A stretch of 63,959 nucleotides of DNA, counting the filler, from Conidiobolus incongruus B7586 (lineage: Eukaryota), in NCBI GenBank assembly GCA_000697335.1. It is 9 parts of 9 records of this genome, joined end to end, with 100 filler letters (N's around TTAATTAATTAA, not from the genome) between each part and the next. Parts side by side here need not be neighbours in the genome. Positions count along the whole stretch, not along the records: positions 53,099 to 55,442 come from JNEM01007063.1; positions 55,543 to 60,092 come from JNEM01007064.1; positions 60,193 to 62,087 come from JNEM01007065.1; positions 62,188 to 63,959 come from JNEM01007067.1; 5 more parts are not named here. The stretch is one strand, 5' to 3'. Made by a program: the position numbers and the translations under genes. This document shows, piece after piece, positions 53,526 through 63,959 of this stretch. Position 1 is the first letter of the stretch; every line of letters starts with the position of its first letter. Under the pieces are notes generated by a model that saw only the letters and a list, made by a program, of their open reading frames with translations, searched no databases and was not told where the DNA came from.

Positions 53526-55250
53526 TATTCTTAAGATTTAATAAGTAATATTTAATAAATATTATAATTTACTTGATAAAAGACATTAAAAGAAGTTAAA
53601 AATTATAAAGAGAATTAAAACAAGATATTATTAACTTTCTTTAATTAAATTAGTTTAGAAATATATTAATACTTATAACATATGCTAAAAAATTAAATAT
53701 AATATTTAACTAAAATATAATAAACTTATTCCTTTATAAATCCTTAATAAAGCTTAATAACAAATATAATTTGATTTAATAGAAATATTTAAATCAACAA
53801 TTAATTATAATAACTTACTAATTGTAATAGATTTATTCTTTAAGTATGTTTATTTTATTGCTTATTCTAAAACTTTTATAATTAAAGATATTGCACAATT
53901 ATTATTTTTTATTATTTTTACTTATCATAAAATTCCACAAACTATTATATTTAATAAAGATATAAATTCAACTTTTAATTTTAGAGGTTACTATCTTTTT
54001 CCTTCAAGATTAATCTAGCTATATTTATTATTAACTATTACTAGACTAATAAACTTATTGAAATAACTATCAAAACCTTAAAGTAAATAATTAAAGCTTA
54101 TATTAATATTAATTAGTTGATTTAAAAACCTATATCTACCAACATTAATATTTATTTGATATCTTTATCAATAAATTAACAAGTTTTAGCTTTTATTTCA
54201 TTAATTATAACAAATATCCTAATTTAATAATTCCTTTAAAACTTTAGATTAATTTATTTTTAAATGTTGTTGAATTTTAATTTAATATCAAATATATTAA
54301 TTCCTTTGTTAAATTTAACTTGGAAGAGAATTAAAAGATTATAAAATAATAATATTTAAAGTTATATATAAATCCTCTTAAATATAAAATTAGTATGTTT
54401 ATATATTTAGAATAATCTGCTTTTAAACTTAACTTACTTAAATCTAGCTTAAATCTAAAATACTTGCTATTATATTATAGTCCTTATAAAATTTAATCTA
54501 TTAATTTAAATTTCAAAAATATTACCTTGGAATTATCTTTAACTTTAGAGATTAACTTTATCTTTTGTATATCTAAAATCAAACCTTATTTTAAAGATTT
54601 TAATATTTTTTTAATTGATTTAAAGCTTTAAAATTAAATGTAGTTATTAATTAAAATGGAGAAAAAAATACTATATTAATTATATAATTAAATCTAAATT
54701 TATTAGGAATAAGCTTTATTTCTATATAAAATAAATAGGTTATTTTATTAAAGAAGCTATATAAGAACCTTAAGAAAATATTAAGAATATTTTAACTTAT
54801 TATACATATTTACAAAAATCTAAAGAGTGTATTTCTTTTAAGAAACTTATTGAAAAAATATTAAGAGATTAGTTCTTTAAATTTTGATATATACTTTTAT
54901 ATAATTCAATTAACTATAAATTATATGATTAATTTATATTTTTATAGCTAAATTAATTCTATAAATAATATTAAATTATCTAATCAACTAGTTTCTTTTT
55001 TTTTAATTTTTATTATTTCTTATTTTTTTCACTATCTTTAAAATTAAAAATATATTCTATCAATACTATAGTATATTAACACTACCTAATATAAAACTCA
55101 ATATATCAGTGACTCTTTCCAGTTTGAAGCTTAATTAAACTTTATTTATATTTATACACTACAGCTATATTATAGTACTATTTTCTATATTATATTATTT
55201 TTATATTAAGTTTTTTCCTTATTATATTAATATTTACCACCATACTTATA
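53526..55250 (+). mobile_element. Hypermutated Ty3/Gypsy chromovirus relic (family 1): integrase, GPY/F, chromodomain, PPT, LTR copy D
   Basis: Decayed motifs: IVIDLFFKY (VVVDRFSK, 53821), HKIPQTIIFNKD (HGIPQTIVSDRD), YSPYKI (GPY), FIFCISKIKPY (PVFHVSKIKP), FYIK*IGYFIKEAI*EP*ENI (chromodomain). 54821-55250 aligns with 32111-32546, giving an LTR at 54859-55250. Confidence 0.85.
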
Positions 55251-55603
55251 AAAAATTTATATATTTTGATTAATTATATTTTATTTTAAATAAATCAAAT
55301 AAATTACTATATTAATCTAATTTGAAAAAATTTAACTAAAAGTTAATAAAATTATTAATAAAGATAAATATGATTGTAATTTTATAATTTATTTTTTAAA
55401 GCTAATATATATTTTGATTTAAATAAATTATTAATATTTTTANNNNNNNNNNNNNNNNNNNNNNNNNNNNNNNNNNNNNNNNNNNNTTAATTAATTAANN
55501 NNNNNNNNNNNNNNNNNNNNNNNNNNNNNNNNNNNNNNNNNNAATAATTTAAATTTAGTTATATAGTTGGGTTTGTTGTTAGCATTATAGGTGTGATGGA
55601 TAT

Positions 55604-55821
55604 TATAACAGGGCAATGTATACAAGTTGTTTCAATGTGAACAGTGTGGGAAAAAGTCCTTGTTTATTTGGCAATGGTTCCCATTTTTATATGTAAAAGT
55701 TGGTGAGGGTTCAGAGGTAAAATTAGACAAGATAAGATCAAGTAGATAAAAGAGATAAGATAAGGTAAGCAGATATGATTGACAGTGTCACGATGATGAC
55801 AAAGTGATCTGATCTATGACA
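55604..55821 (-). mobile_element. Solo LTR, family 2, with 5-bp TSD GATAT
   Basis: Appears identical to the other two family-2 LTRs. GATAT occurs at 55599-55603 and 55822-55826. Confidence 0.95.
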
Positions 55822-57120
55822 GATATACATATTTGACCAAATGTTGATATATTGATAGTGAACATTTGTTCAAAACTAATAATACTAGTCTAATTTATAA
55901 GTTAGAATGTATTAGGGTAGTGATGGTAAACTTATACACTAAATATTAACCATTATCATAATAGTTTTTATAAATGGTCAATTAGTTGATTTGTAAGATA
56001 TCATTTAATATTCTCTTGTAATAAGAATATATTTAGTTAATTAGGAGTAAGAAATTTGATGAAGGAGATGCTTGAGCTAGGAGGGGACTTAGAAAAATCA
56101 AAATATATTTCATATTTACAACAGTTTGGTAATAAATAAACTTGATTTATTTTAAAATGGTGATATAGAATCCAATAAATCAGCCAACGCATTTAATCCC
56201 TTTTTAATTATTATACAGCCGATTACTTAATAAAGAAAATGTAAATATTATATAATTTATGACTGATAAACTGGATAATTAATGGTTCTACAAATTTAAG
56301 GGTTAGTTAAATTTTATATTACCTGGAAAATTTTCAAGAATAAATTGAAATCGATCTTTAACATATATTTTATCATGATCTTATTAAGTGTTTTTTGTAT
56401 AAACTTGCTATATACTATATACTTGTTTATACTGATACTCTGATTTTTTCTACATATATATATATATATATATATATTAAATTCAAATTTTCAAATCTAA
56501 GGACAATTTATCCAAATATTATTCTAATTATAAAAACAATTTCATATTTTATTCAATATCTAATGAATATACTAGTCCCATTGTAAAAGATTTTTCATTT
56601 TTACAAAAAAAAGGAATATAACCAGGATCAAAACTACCTAAATATAAAATTTAGATTTTTTAGATATACACTATTTCATATATTTGAAGATGGATAATTG
56701 GATTAGTTTTATATAAATAATTGAATGTCATGAGTTGTGCCAGACAATATATAAATCTTTATTAAAAACAAAAAACAAACGGTTCTGCTCAAATAGAGTC
56801 ATACCTAACACTACATCTTGGATGTTTGCTCGTGATAATGCTGGATTTTATTTTCTAATTTCATATCAGAAATAATATTTTTAGAAATTCATTGATATCA
56901 GTTGATTAATTTTTATGAAATTGTGAAATTAATCCATTTGTTACAATGCGACTAGCAACCTAAAGATTACACCAAAAATTCAAAGTATATCAATAGTAAA
57001 AATATAAAATATTAACATATTTATTTTATGCCTAATTGAAAGCTTTAAATTTAATTAAAATATTGAAATGATTACAATTTTAAATTTCATTAGGCATTAT
57101 TAAAATTATTAATACTATAT

Positions 57121-57455
57121 TAACACGTCTTGGGAAAGCCGCGTCCGGAATAGTATAAGTAAAAGAGAGAGATCTAGGGATTTCCAGGTAAAGGTTAGGG
57201 AGATAGGGGGTTTATTGATTTAAGCCAAATAGCTGGGAGGACCCAGATCAAACTCCTTCTCTGTAGTATAGCTCTGTTTCTGGGTTCTATATATAGTGCA
57301 TAGAGTAGTAGGTTTCTGGAGTTTTCTGGAGGGTTGTATCATTAGCTGATTAAAGGATAGGGTTGAAGTGGTTGGTCACATGAGGGGGGGAATGACCCTT
57401 ATATTCAGTTGAAGTAAGCATATTACGTGGGAGGAGAGTCACCTGACTCGTGACA
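57121..57455 (-). mobile_element. Probable solo LTR, family 3 (335 bp)
   Basis: Sharp GC-elevated block. The minus strand reads TGTCACG...CGTGTTA (imperfect terminal IR), with TATATATA before AATAAA. ATAT lies on both flanks. Only one copy is in the window. Confidence 0.7.
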
Positions 57456-60400
57456 ATATGAATAATTGAACCAACAGAAATAGCGAATATTAATAATTAC
57501 TTTAGACAGTGAATTATATGAAAACAAGAAAACATTAAGGTTGTAGAATTTAACTTATTATAACTAAATATTACAATCAGTCAAATTTATTAATTTGAAA
57601 TTGATTTTATAATTCAAAAATTCAGACACTGATTTCAAATTATTACTTTTATAAAATTATTTCAACCATTTTATTGGTATTGTGGATAATTTCATCCCTT
57701 AATATTCGGATTTACTTAATTTAGTAAATTCTCGAAATTTTAAATTCTATTTGTTTAAAATATAAAAGATTTTAGTTAAAAATAGTTAGAAATTCAATGG
57801 AAAACACTGTCAGGGTTAAAAAAATACATTAAGAAACTTGTAATAATATGACATAATTCAATATTATAGCAATCAATATTTTATTTTTTATCTGATAAAA
57901 ATATTAATTTGTCAATAAATTTGGATATTTACATTCATTTTTGTTCAAATTTAATTCAATTGAGCTTGCAAAGTTTAAAAATCATAAGCTAAATCAAATA
58001 CAATCAATATTAATTTAATACTATATTAACTATATCACAACCAACAGTATTAAAATATTATGGAATTCCGATAAACATTAAATAAAATATATTCACTGCA
58101 TCATATGTAAACAGTTCAAAAAGGGGTATATATTTTAATTAAATTAAATATTTGAACAATATTACTAGTTTTAAAATAATGATTTTTATTCCTGTTGTTT
58201 AATTTCACACACTACTCCTTTTGTCCTTGATTAATGATGTTATTATGATATTACTCTTGTAAGGATAGCTTAGAGTATTTATTATATAATCGAGATATTT
58301 CCAAATCGATAAAACGTTTGATCAATATCCAGAATACAATCCTTATTATCGATATATCCAATTATTGTAATAAATATGTATTGTATTTGATAATATATAC
58401 TAATTGATTTATGAGATAAAACTTTGACCTATTTACTCTTTATTAAAATTTTTAAATTATACAATTTGTAATCAAGTATATATAATATGAATTATCAAAT
58501 ACAATTATTTTAGAGATAAAACTGTACTCGTTCGCGATTTTCATTTAATCAGACATGAGAGGCTTAAAATAATTTTAATAAAATCATTCAATTCGCTAAA
58601 TTGCAGTATATATATAATTAATTTGATTTGATAACTGTCACTAGATAATATATCTTTTACTAAATGAATTAAGTTTTTTATTAATTTGAGTTAAATTAAA
58701 TAGGATTACATTGATAATCCTGAGTTAAGCTGAATTATATATTAATAATATATATTATGTGTTATTCTGTGAAAAATATTGCCGTTTATTAATCACTCTT
58801 GGATTTAAAATTAGAAAATCAGTTATTGTATAGGTAAATTTATAATCTATATTTATATAACAACATAGCTGATAAAAAAATATAATAAATGTAATAGTGG
58901 TAATTTATCTTCTATTTCTTCGTGCATAATTGTATGTATAGGCTTTCATCCTTTTCAAATGAGTGTTTTAATTAATACCTTCCTAAATAAATTAATCATT
59001 AAGCCTAATATTCTAACTAGGTTTGATTTATGATTATATCACATTATTGTACTTTTATTATAGGTATTAACAACTTGATATTTAAAATATTAATCAGTAA
59101 GCTTACATATTTAACAATAACTCTTGCATCATTGTTGCATAGTAATCAATTTAGTGATGGGAAATAACCTTGTTAATCACTCAAGAAACTGGGATTACCA
59201 AACTGAATCTAGAAGTCACATTAATGAACACCTATTTCCTGAACCGAATGGTTGTGTTCCTTTCCGTCACTAAGCCATTCCTATCAATAAAAATCAACAA
59301 TGAAAGCTAATATAAGATTATCACGAATGAACTAATAAATATATCTCTTGTCTTCATTCCAAAAGTATCCGATATCCAAGTTTTTTTTCGTAACCCTCAC
59401 AGAAATGTTGAGTTGCGACGAGTGTGAGAAATTTACTTTACACGAAGAGTCCAATTTACAGTAAGCCATTTTCACCTTATTTGGTGATTCCCATTAATTT
59501 CCCTTAAATCTGCAGTAACCTATCGTTTACCACTGCCAACTCCTCATTTAAGCTCTAAAGTCTATTTTCTCCCACAATTACAGTTGTCACTAGTAACTTA
59601 TATATATTAAATATTGTTATGACTAAAGAACATAATTTTAGGTATATTAGTATAAATTTAAGATATATAGATTTACTAAATTTAAAAATACTATTTTATT
59701 AGGTGTCACGTATATATATATATTACATATATTCCAAATTGAAAAATTTAATTATTTTATCCTTTATAATTGGGTATAAGGTAATTTTATTTTAATAAAT
59801 GAAACAAATAGAATGTTATTTAAAAACTTCCTCTGTTAAAAAAAAGTAAATTTCTATCATATATAGTGTTATAATTTTTGCTGATTTAAACTTTTATTTA
59901 TTATTACTATTTTTATCATATTTTTTTTCAATCTATAAATTTGTTTTTAAGATTTTTATTAATATAAAAAAAGTTTTGATTAAAATTTTAATATTTCATA
60001 TATTCACCAAATATTTATTATATAATAAATATATATATATATTTTAATTAAAACTAAATATTAGAATATTTTAATAATTCTAAATATAAATTNNNNNNNN
60101 NNNNNNNNNNNNNNNNNNNNNNNNNNNNNNNNNNNNTTAATTAATTAANNNNNNNNNNNNNNNNNNNNNNNNNNNNNNNNNNNNNNNNNNNNAATTATTA
60201 ATAATAAGTAATAAAGGTTCTTTAAAATTTTAGTTAAGAGACTTATCTTTACCATAATAATATAGTTTTAAAAATAAGATATAAAAAACTAAATAATATT
60301 TATAAATTTTTAATAATTTTAATTTAAAATTTCTAGGTTTAGTATTTGTTTTAAAGATATAAAATAGCTTAATCCAATATAATAAAAGCTTTTGTTTTAT

Positions 60401-62215
60401 ATTATTCTTAGATATTTATTAGATAAAAGGTATATCTATTGTATTTAAAGAGACTAATAACTTAAGTTTATATTTAAATAAAGTTTTATAAAACTTTAAA
60501 TAATAGTTTTTATTATATATTTGTTTTAACTTAGTTGATTTTAAAAACTATTTAATAAATCAATTCAAATCTTTCTAATTTATTTATAATAAACTTATTA
60601 ATAATAACATTTAAGTTAAGGTTAATTAATAAGTTAAAATATTATTAATAATTTATAAAATAAAAAGTTAAACCATTAAATTAATTAATTAAGTTATTAT
60701 AAACAGATTATTGATAAAATAAAAAAGATTTTTAATTATTTTAATTAAAATTAATATAATTTAAACCATTTCTTATCAAGTCTTAATAGCTTTTTTAACT
60801 AGTTTATTTAATTAATAATGGTGAGTAATATTGAGCTTTATATGAATATCTATATATTATATAAAAGCTTTTTAGAATTTTAAAGTAAATTTAAAATCTT
60901 TATTAATAATAATAATAATAATTAATTTATATAATAAAATCACCTTTTTAATTAATAAATTAGTTTTTTTAAATATTGTAATTATTTTATAAGAATATAA
61001 TAATAAAATTTATTATATGAATTAATAGCTATAAAAATAATATCAGAGCTTTTTTAAACAAATATTTCTATAAAGTTAAGTTATATTTAATTTTAAGATT
61101 TAAATAAAAAGGAAAAGAATTTAATTCACCAATTATTTTTTTATTTATATTTATTTCTCTAACAATTATCATAAGATTTATAATAACCTTTTACCAACTT
61201 AATTAAATTAGGTATATAATATTTTGTTAGAATTTTATCAATAAATTAAATTTAACTTTAATATTTATTTCATTTATAATTATTATATTATTTTAAAATT
61301 TTTAATTAAAAGGTAAATAATTTGAAAATATAAAAATTATTATGTTTATATAATAAACCATTAAATATTCAGAATCTTTTATATTTAAGTAGTTTCTTCT
61401 TATTATTCTCTTTTATTTTAACTTTAATAATTAAATAAAAATCATCATATTATAGTTTTTATTTTAAAATTTAATAAAAGTCTTTTTTATTTTAGATGAT
61501 AATTGTTATGTTAGTTTTAATTGGTTTTTTACACTTATTATATAATAGTGTATAAATTAAATATTTATTTAACATACCTACTATCCTATTTTATTAACTA
61601 AAAAAATATTTAATTAAAAATAAGTATTTTAGATAATTTTTATTTATTTAATTTATCTTCAAAATAAATACTTTTATAAATTTAAGTAAATTAATAATTT
61701 ATATTTACTTAAGTATAAAAACTCTTTGTGGAATAATTAAAAATTAGATTTTTTTATAATTTTTACTAAAGCAAATATTTTTTTATATATAAGATAATTT
61801 TGTTTATTAAATATTAATTTTCTAAATTAAAATATTAAAGGTTTTAAATTTAAATATTTAAAAACCTTTTGGTAATTAGTTATCTTTTTTAAAATTTTAA
61901 AATAGTTATACTTTTTAAAATCTTTGATAATTTTACTTTATATTATTTAACTTATAATATAAGCAAACACATCTATAATAATAATAATTAATAACTTCAA
62001 ATTAAATTTTGCAAGTATTAGAGTTATAATGATTTTATAAATTAATATATAAAAAGAGAAAATTTCATTAAAGGTTTAATTAAATAANNNNNNNNNNNNN
62101 NNNNNNNNNNNNNNNNNNNNNNNNNNNNNNNTTAATTAATTAANNNNNNNNNNNNNNNNNNNNNNNNNNNNNNNNNNNNNNNNNNNNATTCCTAATAAAC
62201 TTAAATTTAATTATA

Positions 62216-63540
62216 TATTAACCAACAAAAGTGAGTCATAAAATCAAAATTACTTTTATATTTACCTATATCTTAAATATTTCTTAATTAAATAATTTTA
62301 AATTAAAATATATAATTTATCTATAATAATTGACTATAATTAATTTTATTTGATTGTATTTCATTAACTATTGGTTGATATATCAAAACCTAAAATTTAA
62401 CCAAGGTGAGTTATAAATTTGTGGGTTTATATATTAAAGGATATAAATAACAAAATTTATATATATCTTCTTTTTTTTTATTATATTACATATATTATAA
62501 AACTATTAAGCTAATATTTTATAATTAATATTATAATGCTTAAATCTCTTTTTTAAAAAATTCACTTATATATTAATCAACTTTTTAATAAAAATAAATC
62601 AACTTGTGAGATTATTAGAATTACTAGTGTTAGCTAATTTATTATAGCTAAGGTTATTAAAAACAATGCTAAAAAATAATTAAATCAAAACTTAAGTATA
62701 TTGAGATTATAGATAAGCATGAAAAAAAGTATATTTGTAGATTAATTAGTATAGGTAAATATAATATTAGTATAGAAATATAACAAAAATTATAAGACTA
62801 TATAAGAATATTAATTAATATTGATATTATTTTATATATTTTATATTAAAATAAATATCACTCATATCTCAAGAAAAAACATATTTAACTAAAGAAGTCT
62901 CATCATAAAGTTAAGCAAAAGTTTAAATATCAATATTAAAGTTAAATTGAAATTGACTAAAATAAAGTTATTTAGTCTAATAAAACAAATATATATTTTA
63001 ATGGATTTAATAAAAGAGATAAATATTTCAAAAAAGATAAAAAATTATTTTATAACTATTATATTATTATAACCTAAAAATATAATGATGGGTTAATTAT
63101 AGTTTAAAGATATATATTATCTTTAGGTATAAGATATCTTTATAGGATTAATAAGGGAATTAATACTGAGATATATTAAAGTATTCTAAATAATAAATTG
63201 AAAAAAATTTTTAAATAAATATAGTTTAAATAAATTAAATATTATTTTCCAACAAGATAATATCTTTTGTTATATTATAGATTCTATAATTAAATAACTT
63301 AAAAATAAAAAAATAATTATTATGAAATAACCTCCTTAATCTTTTAATCTTAACCCAATTGAATATCTTTAGGATCAATTAAAAAAATCAATTAAAGCTT
63401 TCCTTTTAGCAAAAAATTTAGATTAACTTTGGGAGTATATTCAAGAAGCTTAGAATAATATTAATCTTGCTTAATATAAGAAGCTAGTTGACTTTATACC
63501 CCACAAACTTAAAGAAGTTAAAAAAGCAAAAGATGGATAT
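62216..63540 (+). mobile_element. Tc1 relic with left TIR and nearly whole transposase, interrupted by an LTR element
   Basis: Decayed motifs VI*SNKT (VIWSDET), DGLIIV*RYI (GGSIMVWGCI), IFQQDN (~63245), *PP*SFNLNPIEYL* (WPPQSPDLNPIEHLW, ~63328) and LKEVKKAKDGY at the LTR junction. Confidence 0.88.
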
Positions 63541-63959
63541 TGTAAGCGTTGTGGTAGTTAAACTAATATAGTGCAGAGGAAGACTTAATATAAAAGTAGT
63601 GTGGCGCAGAACGTGGTAATATAATGTGGCTGTAGCGTGCAAGTGTAAACAAAGTTTAATTAAGCTTCGAACTAGGATGAGTCACCGATATATTAAGATT
63701 TATATTAGGTAGTGCCAATATCCTACAATATCAACAGAATATAGTCTCAATCTTAGAAATAGTGTGAAAGTAAAAAATAGTAAGAATTGAGAGGAAAAAG
63801 AGGAACCTAGTTTATTAGATAATTTAATACTATTTATACAATTAATTTAACTATATAAGTATAAATTAATCATATAATTTATAGTTAATTGGATTATATG
63901 AAAGTGTATATAAGAATTTAGAGAACTAGTCTCTTAACACTCCCCAAGTAGGTCTCTTA
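63541..63959 (-). mobile_element. 3' LTR, family 1 (copy C, 399 bp) with PPT; element continues past window end
   Basis: LTR 63541-63939. The PPT complement CTCCCC starts at 63940, and the adjoining sequence resembles 32128-32148. Confidence 0.92.

Noticed and set aside
1..63959. CRISPR arrays, rRNA, prokaryotic operons
   Set aside because: None seen. The window is intron-containing eukaryotic DNA and its repeats are explained by transposons.

Overview
AT-rich eukaryotic scaffold with short GT-AG introns, mostly ~45-100 nt. The gene content points to an early-diverging (zygomycete-grade) fungus; a Conidiobolus/Entomophthorales-like source is my inference only. Eight artificial gap linkers (N44-TTAATTAATTAA-N44) break contiguity. 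Host genes: an ABCC/MRP transporter, tRNA-Leu(AAG), a TPT/SLC35-type transporter, a TMEM128-like membrane protein, POB3 (FACT), an Integrator subunit 4 (INTS4)-like HEAT protein, mitochondrial phosphate carrier MIR1, NPR2 (GATOR1), a p24/EMP24-family protein, AP-3 delta and a Spc7/Spc105/KNL1-like kinetochore scaffold. Between the genes lie nested transposons: three LTR families (two are chromoviruses), a LINE fragment, and Tc1 and mariner relics. The strongest signal is a repeat-restricted, two-stranded C:G->T:A hypermutation gradient. Copies range from pristine, to copies that have lost every CpG, to relics whose Trp/Gln/Pro/Gly/Asp codons have collapsed to TAA/TTT/AAA/AAT, while single-copy genes are intact. 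This suggests a RIP-like or methylation-driven genome defence outside the lineages where RIP is established. Also notable: LTRs with TG...TA ends, a fungal INTS4, and an unexplained structured island beside the tRNA. All alignments were done by eye.
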